Assembly (NCBI GenBank): GCA_002269645.1
Contig: NIVC01000984.1
Coordinates: forward strand, 186,001-250,000
Length of the DNA: 64,000 nt
Reading direction: 5' to 3'
From: Macrostomum lignano
Taxonomy: Eukaryota
Notes under the pieces: generated by a model
What the model was told of the DNA's origin: nothing
Seen by the model: the letters and a program-made list of their open reading frames with translations, nothing else
Databases searched by the model: none
Program-made: the position numbers and the translations under genes
In this document: positions 1-12,510 of the stretch, in pieces
How the letters are laid out: each line of letters begins with the position of its first letter
How positions within the stretch are numbered: position 1 is the first letter of the stretch

Positions 1-176
1 CGCTATCTAAGGGGCGCCACAGGAGCTGAGGAGCATGCACGGAGCGCTATCTAAGGGGCGCCACAGGAGCTGAGGAGCATGCACGGAGCGCTATCTAAGG
101 GGCGCCACAGGAGCATGCACGAAGCGCTATCTAGGGGGCGCCAGAAAGGAGCACGGAGCGCTATCTAGAGGGGCGT
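1..176. repeat. ~44-bp tandem repeat (CGCTATCTAAGGGGCGCCACAGGAGCTGAGGAGCATGCACGGAG), decaying 3'
   Basis: Unit read at 1, 45 and 89, with shortened copies after; truncated by the window edge. Confidence 0.9.
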
Positions 177-2244
177 CAGGGACCACAAAGCAGCTAGATA
201 CAACCCCTAGATATAAGTCTACGGGTTAGAGACCATTAGAGGTTCAAGGCGCCAGACCAGTGCACACAGCTGCTGTTCTTCATCAATCTGCATCAAATAT
301 AGCGCAGCTTCAGAGCTTATCAATCGACTCTTTCACGGTTCGCAGGCCCAAGTAAAACTTTCCCCAATTTTAACTGAGTGATTGATTTTTTTGTATTTTT
401 CAAGGAAGAAAAGCTAAAAAAAGAGCTGTCATCATATCATCATCACCTATCGAAATTAGCATAATTCATTGAAAAACTCCGACATGAATAATTCATCAGC
501 AACTCAATCGAAGTGCTCAGAAAGTCTAATTCAAACTTCCGGCTTGGAGTTGGAGTAGGTGATGATGGAGCTGTGAGCCTGGCGGCTGACGCAAATGTGC
601 TAATACATGTAAAACTATACCCCCTGCCCAATACTTCCAAAGAATTTTCTTTTTATTCAAAGCCAAAAAGCAATGGGATGCCAGGGATAAATTGCCGGGG
701 TGACGTCACGCATGGGGCAAGAATGAGCAGACAAAATTCGAGGTGCAAATGTCAGATCTCCGAGCTGGCAACCCCCCCCCCCGAAATCGCTCTCTGCTCC
801 AACAACCGCACCCGACAGCTCAGGATTTGAGCATCGAACACGTCGATCTTGATTTCCAGCTGACTCCCCTCTATCATCATCCAGTCTCGCTGTGAAATGA
901 AATTTGAGTCGCCGCACTTATCCGAGTTGAATGCCAGGGGGGATTGGGGCGGGGGGGTCGGGAGCGATCAGCTGACTCTGGCGCAACCTTTGGCTGTGGG
1001 ATATAGATAGGCGGCCCTGTGTGAGGCCTCCGGCGCCTCCCCACAGTCTCTCAAGTCCTGCAGCCCTGCCGGGTGACTCAGCGCCCCTGTTCTCAAATGA
1101 GGAGTGGAAGGTTGGGGATCTGGGATATTATATAGGAGCGGCCTATACGCCCCCTTCCATCATCACACATCCATTTAGCAATCCAGCCTCCCGCGCCCCC
1201 GCCTCATCGAAAGCGTTTTTGTCTCCGGGCGTCGAGCGCCCCCTGCCTCCGTCAAAGCCCCTTGCTTCCATTCCTTGCGCATTCAGCCTGAATGGAGAAT
1301 AATGGGGGATTTCTATTAAGCTCTCCCCATCTCTCTGCAGCCGGGGGTTGCGTGCTCAGCAGACCCATATTATGGATTTGGAAATCGAGGCAAAAACTGG
1401 GAAGGCAAAACTATTCAAGCCCGAAGCTGGTCCATTCTTTTTTCTAAATTCCTTGGCTTTTTTATTCAATCCTGCCCCGGTACACTTGGCCAGCTGGGAC
1501 CATTGTTGAGCGGCAGGCGAATGGTTTTCAATGGCTGCAAGGGCCTCTATATATGAAGTTGTCAGTCCTTATGGAACAATGAAGTCCTTAAACAGCACGC
1601 AGTCTTCATCTCACGGGGACTCTAGGATGAATCATTGTTAGATTTATCTTATATAGTTTTGCAGCAAAAGGAATCGTTATAATAGAGAAAAGTGGCCTTT
1701 GTCACATGTCACTGGTCGGTTTGGACCATAGACATTGATGGATTGGAGGTCCCGAGTGTGCCGACTGTGTATTTTAGCTGCATGGCGCAGGAAGTTTCTG
1801 TTAGGCAAGGCATTGGTCTGCCTTCATTTGGATGTTTTTCTCACGGAAACTTGTGCCAGAGAAGGGAACTGCCTGTTGGGGGGCTATACAGGTATCATGC
1901 TGCTTGGGACACTTCCTCCTCGGCCCCCCACTTGTTCAAACACAAGTGTGTCTCCCTACTTTGGAACACGATAGCGCTAGCTACAGCAGGCAGAGAAAAC
2001 GTATCAGATAGTTGTAATCGGAGTACTTACTGGTAGGCTACGTTGCAGGAACTGTTATTAGCAATAATTAGTTGTTTAAAAATAGCGTTGCTATGCCCAA
2101 GCTTCACATCCGCATCTAATCAGCGCTATTCATTTGATCCGAAATTATTCAGGACTGAGATTGCTTTCAGTTTGAAACTGGACTGGCTGGTTACAGCAGG
2201 CCAACAACACACAGCTTTGCATTGTTGCATGGACTCCTGAGAAG

Positions 2245-3145
2245 GAGAGTAGGGTAGGGAGGAAAGAGAGGAGTAGGGGAGAGAGAAAGAAGGAACAGGG
2301 AGACACGGAGAGAGAGAGAGAGAGAGAGGATAGAGCAAGGACAACTAGACTTGACTAGATATAACGAAGTGTTCCTAATGGTCCTTGGGATAGAGATAGA
2401 GAAAGAAAAGAGAGGAGAGAGGGAGAGAGGGAAGGGATGAAGATGGAGAGAGTGAAGAGATGGAGAGGGAGAGAGGAAAGGGATGGAGATGGAGAGAGTG
2501 AAGAGATGGAGAGGGAGAGAGGAAAGAGATGGAGATAGAGAGAATGAAGAGATGGAGAGGGAGAGAGGAAAGAGATGGAGATGGAGAGAATGAAGAGATG
2601 GAGAGGGAGAGAGGAAAGGGATGGAGATGGAGAGAATGAAGAGATGGAGAGGGAGAGAGGAAAGAGATGGAGATGGAGAGAGTGAAGAGATGGAGAGGGA
2701 GAGAGGAAAGGGATGGAGATGGAGAGAATGAAGAGATGGAGAGGGAGAGAGGAAAGGGATGGAGATGGAGAGAATGAAGAGATGGAGAGGGAGAGAGGAA
2801 AGGGATGGAGATGGAGAGAGTGAAGACAGGGAAGAGGGAGAGAGGGAAGGGATGGCGATGGAGAGAATGAAGAGATGGAGAGGGAGAGAGGGAAGAAGGA
2901 GAGATTGAGAGAAAAGAAATGGGGGGAGAATAAGAGGGGAGAGAGTGAGATGATAGATGAGATGCGAGAAAAAGAGCGGGAAGAGTGGGAAAAGGAGAGA
3001 GAGAGTGAGAGAGAGAGGGAGAGAGAGAGAGGGAGAGAGAGAGGGAGAGAGAGAGAGAGGGAGAGAGAGAGAGTGAGAGTGAGAGAGAGAGAGGGAGAGA
3101 GAGAGAGGGAGAGAGAGGGAGAGAGAGAGAGAGAGAGAGAGACTG
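2245..3145. repeat. Purine-rich GA region with a ~46-bp unit and (GA)n
   Basis: Unit GAGAGGAAAGGGATGGAGATGGAGAGAATGAAGAGATGGAGAGGGA repeats over ~2420-2830; (GA)n/(GAGG) over ~2990-3142. Confidence 0.9.
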
Positions 3146-4197
3146 AGCAGGAGGCGGGAGTGCGTCAGCAGCCTGAAGCACCGAGCACCAACGCAATGGA
3201 ACAGCGAGTGCCAACGCTGGGGTAGCGCGAGAGTCGCATATTAAAAGCCCCCAGCTTTTGAAATTTAACAATTGCGCCTCAGGCGGAGGCAGGCATAGTC
3301 GGAGGCCCGGATCCAGAGTCAGCTCAAGCGCCTAGGAGTGAAGGCAGGGGGGGGAAGGGCGCCCCATGGCGCCTTGTCACAACTGCAACCTCCTCACAAA
3401 TTCCAATAGCTTAGCCGATGCCCCAATTCAAAGGCTTCCTTCTCCCATTATCCCGTAATTAGGGAAGGGGCTTTGGTTGAGTTGGCGAGCGAGGGCTTCA
3501 GGATGCGGGGGGAGCGGCTTGAGCACTCCCAGTGAGAGAAGAACTGGGTCAGAAAATTGCTGATGAGACGGACGACGCAACCAAAGGCTGCGCAACTCCG
3601 AGAGCACACAGTCATGCAATTTGTTTGGGGATCCACGCCGGACACCTGGGGGGGGGGGGGGTAGGGAGGGGAGGGCTGAGCCGGCAGAGGGGGTTCGGGG
3701 AATTCCAGTCAGAAAAAATCCCAGCCCCCACGCAGCCCGGGTCCCTCCTGACGCTGCAGATCGTGAGTCAACCAGCTGTTGTGACAGGACTCCAAAGTCT
3801 TCAGCTCCAGATGGAGGATCGGAGCTTTGGAAAGCGGCCCCGCCTGAGGGTCGAGCCACCTGGGGGAGGATTTCTCAAGCACACACGCACGCATAGCATT
3901 GAGTCGGCTGGGGGGGGGGGTGAGGGCAGGGTTCTCTGTTCCCCTTGTCAGGCAAAGCTGCCTCCGGAGCCGCTCCGCTCCGCTAAGCTAAGCCTCCATA
4001 TGTCCGCTGGGGGGAAACCGGGGAGGGCGCCCCACCACCACTGCTCTCCCTGCCTGTCCCTGCCAGGGCCATGGGGCTGTCAACTCAGGAATGGGGCCTT
4101 TACTAAATCGGATACTCCAGTGAGTCAGTCAGCTGGACGCCTCGGGTTAGAAATCTGGACTGGACGGTCATTTTCTAGACATCTTTTAGTTTAGAAT

Positions 4198-4569
4198 CAG
4201 GGACGTCTCGGGTTATAAATCTGGAAGGTCATATTCTTTCATTCATTTTCTCTCTTTGAGGTCCTCGGGTCGGGTCCTCTAAAACTTCACTATTAGCAAT
4301 CCGACCGTTCAAGGTTTGCGTCTCTTCTCAGGTCTCTTCTGTCTTCTCTCCCATCTTCTCTCACTTATCTCTCATCTCTTCTCTCATCACATCCTTCCTG
4401 TTATCTCCTCTCTCACCTTTTGCTCTCTTCTCTTCTCGCTTCTCCTAATCTCTCATCTCTATTCCAACTTCTTTCCTCTCTCAACTGGCCCCGCGCTAGT
4501 GAGGCATGAGCTAGATTATTTATCTGACCCTTGAAGTAAAAAAAACTTTTTGGGGAAAAACTTCCCCTG
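4198..4569 (+). mobile_element. Degenerate copy of hAT-like MITE family
   Basis: Shares blocks CCTCGGGTC..CTTCAC..TAGCAATCCG..TCTCTTCTCAG, a CT-rich core and the end CCCTTGA(A/G)GTAAAAAA..CTG with the MITE at 29973-30352 (opposite orientation). No TSD found. Confidence 0.45.
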
Positions 4570-5334
4570 ACCAGGTGCACGAGGTTGCAGTGTGTGTGTG
4601 TGTATGTGTGTTCTCCTTTTCCGCTTCCTGCCTGCGCACGGCTTCGGGGATTTTTCTCATTGTTTTGTTGAAGTTTTGAAGGCTCGAAGGCTGGCTGTGT
4701 GTTGATAAAACTGGCCCAATTTGTTTGCAGGCCCATCATCATGTCGGCTCACAGCCAGTGCAGACCAGGTGAGGCAACAGCAAACACGTCATGCCTATAT
4801 ACACATAGCTATACTCGTAAGTGTCGAATCGGGCTTGGTAACGGCATAGCAACCCGAAATCCACAATGGCATGAGCTCCCATATCATTGATACCTTAGCT
4901 TCATCCAATCCCTCTGTTGAAACAGGAATCTTATATTATATCCACATAATATCCCAATTTATTGTCCCAGCTCAAACTGAAACCCCGACCCCCTCTGTGC
5001 AGCCAGCAAGCAAGGACCCCCAGCAACTCGTCCCAGGTGCTTTTGTGCGTGCGTGCTTCAGCTTTATCCCCTGATATCAGCTGGGGTTCCCATGCAAGTA
5101 TCTATAGATAGATAGCTATAGGCAAACAAATGTGTTGCAAGCAGTGTATTCTGCCGGCTTGAACATGATAGAATATAGATAATGTATACAGTACATGCTT
5201 ATTCTAATTAGCTGGCTGTGTGAGTTATCCAGAGCTCCATAGAGTCTCTAATGATTTCGAATGAATAGCATATAGTCATATTCACACTGATGCCGATGTA
5301 ATATGGCACCTCGCAGATCCAATAGCGCACCGCC

Positions 5335-6232
5335 TCAGATCCAAAATGACAACCCGTATATCCAAAATGGCTCCTACTCAGACCCAAAATGGTTCCACTC
5401 AGACCCAAAATGGCTCTACTCAGATCCAAAATGGCTCCTACTCAGACTCAAAATGGCTCTACTCAGATCCAAAATGGCTCCTACTCAGACTCAAAATGGC
5501 TCTACTCAGATCCAAAATGGCTCCTACTCAGACCCAAAATGGCTCCTACTCAGACCCAAAATGGCTCCTAATCAGACCCAAAATGGCTCCTACTCAGATC
5601 CAAAATGGCTCTACTCAGATCCAAAATGGCTCTACTCAGACCCAAAATGGCTCCTACTCAGACCCAAAATGGCTCTACTCAGATCCAAAATGGCTCTACT
5701 CAGATCCAAAATGGCTCCTACTCAGACCCAAAATGGCTCCTACTCAGACCCAAAATGGCTCCTACTCAGACCCAAAATGGCTCCTACTCAGATCCAAAAT
5801 GGCTCTACTCAGATCCAAAATGGCTCTACTCAGACCCAAAATGGCTCTACTCAGATCCAAAATGGCTCCTACTCAGACCCAAAATAGCTCCTACTCAGAT
5901 CCAAAATGGCTCTACTCAGATCCAAAATGGCTCCTACTCAGATCCAAAATGGCTCCTACTCAGACTCAAAATGGCTCTACTCAGATCCAAAATGGCTCCT
6001 ACTCAGACCCAAAATGGCTCCTACTCAGACCCAAAATAGCTCCTACTCAGATCCAAAATGGCTCCTACTCAGACTCAAAATGGCTCTACTCAGATCCAAA
6101 ATGGCTCTACTCAGATCCAAAATGGCTCCTACTCAGACCCAAAATGGCTCCTACTCAGATCCAAAATGGCTCTACTCAGATCCAAAATGGCTCCTACTCA
6201 GATCCAAAATGGCTCTACTCAGACCCAAAATA
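5335..6232. repeat. 21/22-bp minisatellite CAGA(T/C)CCAAAATGGCTC(C)TACT
   Basis: About 40 interleaved 21- and 22-bp units; the ORFs here are repeat artefacts. Confidence 0.95.
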
Positions 6233-7435
6233 GCGTTTTTAAGAAGATGCGGCTGCCAGATCTCACGCAAAAACCTCTCATGGTGCTTCCCATGAATTTT
6301 GCACCCATTCTTATCTATCAATTTTGAGTTCCTATTCTTAGTGCAGAAGAAATTTCCGTTTCAGAAATCGCTTTGGAAAGCAAATGTTGAGTAATGAATC
6401 CAGAGCTCAGTGACTCACGCCAGCGCTAAGAAGAGAAGGTCCCCACCAGAAATTTGCTTTGGCTTTGTGAAGCAGCTTTTCATAAGACCAGTATACTACG
6501 AGCGCATATTACAGTTATAATTCTACTAGTAATATAGTTCTAGTTCTTAGTTATAGTAGTTCTAAATTATATTTATACTATAGTATAATTTATTGTAGTA
6601 TATTTACAGTTGTACGAGTAGAGAAGCGAAACCTTTGGCCCTCTTCCCCTGCCTCGTTCACCACTTCAGTCCTGCAGGCGTGGGGGTGGGTATGTTGGAG
6701 ACAGATGAGGATCTGACCAAAAATGAAGGAAAGGCCTGCCTGCAGGATCTTTTCCGCAGCAAGGGTCTGAGAAGCATTTGAGAAGCATTGGGATAGGGGA
6801 GAGGTGAGAGAGATAAAGGAAGGAAGGGGCCAGGGGTTCCCAGGCCCAGTTCCCAGCGAGCCGAGCAGTTCTTCACCCACGCCCGATGACTCAGACGGAC
6901 TTGACCGGGACGGTGGGGGTTGGGGGGCTTCACAATCCTGCTTTGGCATTTACCATGCTGTGTGTTGTTTAGCATGCAGAAATACTGCACTCAGTCAAAA
7001 GGCATACTAGTCAGTCAACTCAGTCAACTGACATGATGATGAGTGCATGATGATGATAAGTTGAGAGCGGACAGATGGCGTAGAAGTATGCATACCGGGT
7101 GAAACTCAGCTGCATTACGGAGCTGGTGGCATTAAATGATCTAGGAAATTTGGTCTAAGATGCCTATCACCTATTTCTCTATATCCACATACAGAATAGC
7201 ACTCAAGGATGAGATGATTGCAAACATAAGCTCGGGCTGAGTGAGCGCATCTGAGAGTTTGTTCAAAACAAACGATGATGTCCGATAAAATAAAATTTAC
7301 GATTTCTATACATAAGAGGTCACAATCTCAATGACAGATTTTGCAGTCTGTGTATATTCTTGTTGACTTTTACGAGTATATTTCAAAGTGATGGTCTGCA
7401 TCTGCACTTGAGCGATGCTTTCTATTGCTTGTAGA

Positions 7436-7580
7436 CTCATTTTAGCGCCGCAAGCCCTCATTTTAGCGCCGCAAGCCCTCATTTTAGCGCCGCAAGCCCT
7501 CATTTTAGCGCCGCAAGCCCTCATTTTAGCGCCACAAGCCCTCATTTTAGCGCTGCGGACACTCATTTTAGCGCCACACT
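7436..7580. repeat. 21-bp minisatellite CTCATTTTAGCGCCGCAAGCC
   Basis: About 6-7 units. Confidence 0.9.
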
Positions 7581-7599
7581 CATTGTTCTAGCGACATAA

Positions 7600-7960
7600 A
7601 GCTTATGTCAGCGCTTATGTCAAATCAGCGCTTATGTCAGTGCTTATGTCAGCTCAGTGCTTATGTCAGCTCAGTGCTTATGTCAGTGCTTATGTCAGCT
7701 CAGTGCTTATGTCAGTGCTTATGTCAGCTCAGTGCTTATGTCAGTGCTTATGTCAGCTCAGTGCTTATGTCAGTGCTTATGTCAGCTCAGTGCTTATGTC
7801 AGTGCTTATGTCAGCTCAGTGCTTATGTCAGTGCTTATGTCAGCTCAGTGCTTATGTCAGTGCTTATGTCAGCTCAGTGCTTATGTCAGTGCTTATGTCA
7901 GCTCAGTGCTTATGTCAGTGCTTATGTCAGCTCAGTGCTTATGTCAGTGCTTATGTCAGC
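7600..7960. repeat. 29-bp minisatellite (TGCTTATGTCAG)2CTCAG
   Basis: 12+17 bp sub-units, ~11 near-perfect copies. Confidence 0.95.
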
Positions 7961-9061
7961 TATATCGGTTCAAATTCGATAAGTGTAATAACTATAGTAT
8001 CGAGATAATTCGGCATGCCGCTGTGACGCCGAATGGAGACAGGCTTCAGCCTTCATGGATGGCTAAACGCGTCTGCGCATAGGGAAGTCCGGGTGACAAG
8101 GGGGTTGGTTCAGGATGGAGGGCCGATTTCTTGTTACCAAGGCGCTAAAAGGTATTAGTATTCTGAGCATTCTACTCGATGCTATGTATAATATTAAGCA
8201 GCTATCACAGAGCATTCTGCACGCACTGGGGCAAACCAATCGAACCACGCCCCCTTTACCCCTCATTTTCCCTTCGTCTGTCCTCACGTTTTGACGACCT
8301 GATGGCAGAGTCGCTAGCCGCGGCAGTATCCAAATAGATAAATTCATATGCATTTATTCCCAAATTTCTTAAAACGCTCGATCCCCCAGTTTTCCATTTC
8401 TTCATTGCTCAATTCTTCTTTCCTTTCGAGTTTGCGCAATTTGCACAGAAATTGGCCAATTTTCGCTTTTATTACGGCGGCTTAATAATAGTACAATAAT
8501 ACGAGTAATAACTCACACCTTGAGCAAACCCCCAAATAATATTTGTTGAATGAATACAACTGCTACCAACACAGGCTGCTGCACAAGCAGTCGTTGCGTG
8601 AATGCATGGCCATATACATTTATAATAGCATAAAATTTCAAGTCATGCAGGTTCCATGAGAACGATCCTATTGTTATACAGTCATGCTGCCTTGCATATG
8701 GGCGACAGTTTGTGTAGCATAATAGCCTGGGGAACTTTTAGTATCCGGGCGACCCCCACCCCCCTCAGTCAGCTGGATCAAATCAGATTTTCACAAATCC
8801 AAATTTAATTAGCTTATAATAAATGCATATGATAAATAGTCGACTCAATGTTATTATCACATCATTTTGCGGAGAACTTTTTCGGCTTATACTAAATTAT
8901 GGAATATAGTATAACCCAAAATATTCCGTCTTGTTAACGGACAACTGGTAATTAATCACTTTAATAAATGACCATCTTTGTCCCTGTGGCGTCTCGAAGG
9001 GGAGTCATGGGATCATTGGGGTCATGACCCCCCCCCCCCCCATAGACGGCCGACTAATCTC

Positions 9062-9560
9062 CCCTCGGCGCTAAACTCTTCCCTTCGGCGCTAAACTTTC
9101 CCCTTCGGCGCTAAACTCTCCCCTTCGGCGCTAAACTCTTCCCTTCGGCGCTAAACTTTCCCCTTCGGCGCTAAACTTTCCCCTTCGGCGCTAAACTCTC
9201 CCCTTCGGCGCTAAACTCTTCCCTTCGGCGCTAAACTTTCCCCTTCGGCGCTAAACTTTCCCCTTCGGCGCTAAACTTTCCCCTTCTGCGCTGAGCTCTC
9301 CCCTTCAACGCTAAACTCTTCCCTTCGGCGCTAAACTCTTCCCTTCGGCGCTAAACTCTCTCCTTCGGCGCTAAACTCTCCCCTTCGGCGCTAAACTCTC
9401 CCCTTCGGCGCTAAACTCTCTCCTTCGGCGCTAAACTCTCCCCTTCGGCGCTAAACTCTCCCCTTCGGCGCTAAACTCTCCCCTTCGGCGCTAAACTCTC
9501 CCCTTCGGCGCTAAACTCTCCCCTTCGGCGCTAAACTCTCACTTCTGGCGCTGAACTAGC
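9062..9560. repeat. 20-bp minisatellite CCCTTCGGCGCTAAACT(C/T)T(C/T)
   Basis: About 24 units. Confidence 0.95.
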
Positions 9561-10507
9561 GCCAAAATCTTCCTCTGGCGCTAAGTTTATCAATAAAAAT
9601 TGTCCAACTGTCAATTGAAAATGATATCAAGGAAAGAAGCCACCCACCCACTGAGTTAATTATTGGATTCTCTAGGCAATCCTAGCAGCACCGAATACAA
9701 TTTCCAGCTAAACTATTGTATATTATATGATTATCGTTTCAATTATATCAATTGGATAATAAATTTGTCTAAATACAATGTAATTAATTATTCAACAATT
9801 CATTCATTTGACCTGGACACTAGTTTCAAGCTAAGGCCATAAGTGAGTGTCAAAAGTTGAGGTGAGAATGGTAAGACGGAACCCCTACTAAAGGGAAGAA
9901 GGCAGGCAAGCCTTCATTTCATGTACATTCATTCCTCCAGCGTTCTGTTGGGCCCTAACTACAGGGGGGGTAACTCTACTTACTTGTGCTTGCAAGCATG
10001 GACCCCAATTCCTGGGAGGGACCAGAGCAGGGGGCTGTGGACGATACTCCAGCCAACCAACCCCTTACACTCAATTTTATTACCCCCCCCCCCGAAATTC
10101 CTTTGACGCCACCAACCCTTGAAAAGGCGAAAACCCTTTCTCAACCAATCCAGTCGCGGAGGGGGGTGGGTGCGAAGGGTCCAACGCCCCTACCCCACGT
10201 GGGCAGCCCGGCACAGGCAGTCCCAGCCCCTGCGGGCAGCCCAGCCCCCTGCGTCAGTGAGCAGAAAGAGGGGGGTTGGTGTGGGTGGGGATGGGTGCGT
10301 GCTGGTGGAGGGTTGTAAAAGCTTGGTTTTAACTTCCAAACTGGAGGCTTCCCGTCCTCAAACAGCGCTTTGGCAGCCATATTTTGTGAGATATTGTGAG
10401 AGATATTTATCATTCCGCGTGTTAGTTACAACACAGTCCGCCTTCCGTCAGAGCAAATTTCAAAGCAAATTTTCTTAAATAAGTGGCTGCCAGTGACAGG
10501 CAGTATA

Positions 10508-12415
10508 ATGCACTCTAACACAAGCATATTTCAGCAACAGCAACAACAGCAGCAGCAACAACAGCACCAGCAACAGCTGTTATTGCAGGCAGCCGCTTTT
10601 GCGGCAGCAGCTGGCAGCGGCGGAGGCGGCGGCAGCAACAATGCTTCTATTGGCAAATATTCCGTTTTCACAGGTAAGAAGCGACCTGAATACCGTTGTT
10701 TGGGGAATTTTTCTTCTCTTGATTCTAATCTTGGTTTCGTATTCATGTCTGCGCTCTCTTCTACTAAAAAGCCAGTTGTGAATCATTCCATTACGGTAAT
10801 AGTTTTCGAAAGCATCCGGTTTCATGCATATGGTATAGGGAGGGGTGTCCGATCCGATGTTGATACAGAAGTGTAAGTTTAGCTTGTCATAGTCTTTCTG
10901 GTTACAGTGGTGAATGATGGAAGGTAAGTCTTTGTTTCTTTTGGAAAACGGCTGGCTATAGTATAGTAGAATAATAGAATGCACTTTTGACAGAAGCTTC
11001 CCACAGCAGTAATACTCGTACACAACTAACTACTAAATATATAACGGAAACAACCGAGTCAACAGAACATTTTTAAATAGAAAAACTACACAAATTTCCA
11101 TACAATTTGAGTTGCTAAAAAGTCCTGCTCTACTCTTTCTACTTATAATGAGTAGTCTCAACCCCCCTGTTTTTCGGCAGAATAAAAAAATTTAGCATTT
11201 GAGGATGTTCCCAAAAATTGGTTGGTAAAATTTAAATGCGTAGATGCAAGTCACGAAAATCCATGCTCCAGACCGTGTAGACGAGAGGGGCGCCATAATA
11301 TACACGAGAGGGGCGCCATAATATACACGAGAGGGGCGCCATAATATACACGAGAGGGGCGCCATAATATACACGAGAGGGGCGCCATAATATACACGAG
11401 AGGGGCGCCATGATATACACGAGAGGGGCGCCATAATATACACGAGAGGGGGCCAGGGGCGCCAAAATATACACGAGAGGGGTGCCATAATATACACGAG
11501 AGGGGGCCAGGGGCGCCATAATATACACGAGAGGGGTGCCATAATATACACGAGAGGGGGCCAGGGGCGCCATAATATACACGAGAGGGGCGCCATAATA
11601 TACACGAGAGGGGCGCCATAATATACACGAGAGGGGCGCCATAATATACACGAGAGGGGCGCCATAATATACACGAGAGGGGTGCCATAATCTACACGAG
11701 AGGGGGCCAGGGGCGCCATAATATACACGAGAGGGGTGCCATAATCTACACGAGAGGGGGCCAGGGGCGCCATAATATACACGAGAGGGGCGCCATATTA
11801 AGCAAACGGTGAGGAGCTTTTTACCCCCCCCCCTTAAATCAGCCCCTGTAGACTCACTCTAGATGTTCGGCAGCAAGGTTCGGATTGTCCAAAAATGCTT
11901 TAAATTAGAACTCTATTAGAATATAAACATTCTATAGTCTATTAGAATCATAGGTGTCTCAGTCTCACCCTTGACGTGTCTCACCTACAGAGATCACGCA
12001 GCAGCAGCAGCTACAGCGCCAGAATCAGCAACACCGGCGTCACACAATGGGCTGTCCACCGGCCCGCAATCCGCACCAGAGTGTGCAGGATGCGGAGAAC
12101 ATCCCCCCTGGCGGAGTTCAGGACCGGCCAGTCAAGCGGGGCCGCTACGATCAGCCGGGAGCAACAGCCCAGCAGCAGCAGCAGCAGCAGCAACCTTCGC
12201 TGCAGACGCTACACCAACAGCAGCAGCAACAGTTGCCGATGCCTCCGCCAGGCTGGGCTACAGCGGCGGCACAAGCTCTGCGCTTGCAGATGCCGCCGCC
12301 GCCGCAGCCGCAATTGTCGCACGCAATGGGTTCGGCGGGGCCTGTGCCTGGATCGTATGGCATTGTGCAGCCGCTCTATCCGATGCTGCAGCTGTTTAGG
12401 CCCATGCAGCAGCTT

Positions 12416-12447
<32 letters not shown>

Positions 12448-12452
12448 GCAGC

Positions 12453-12510
<58 letters not shown>

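Noticed and set aside
860-4190. LTR retrotransposon or gene remnants in the GC/poly-G-rich segments
   Set aside because: No gag/pol motifs, LTR pair or PBS were recognisable in any frame.
4555-4580. U1 snRNA 5' end (reverse complement CACCTGGTCAGGGGAAG)
   Set aside because: Only a short partial match; better explained as the MITE terminus. No U1 body or Sm site.
5303-6327. Long ORFs in minisatellites (also 7605-8082, 11192-11782, 16976-17785, 34336-35453, 43705-44438, 48047-52229, 52596-53336, 55097-55888, 60894-61677, 62822-63656)
   Set aside because: Stop-free frames are a by-product of the repeat units; the peptides are periodic with no domain signal.
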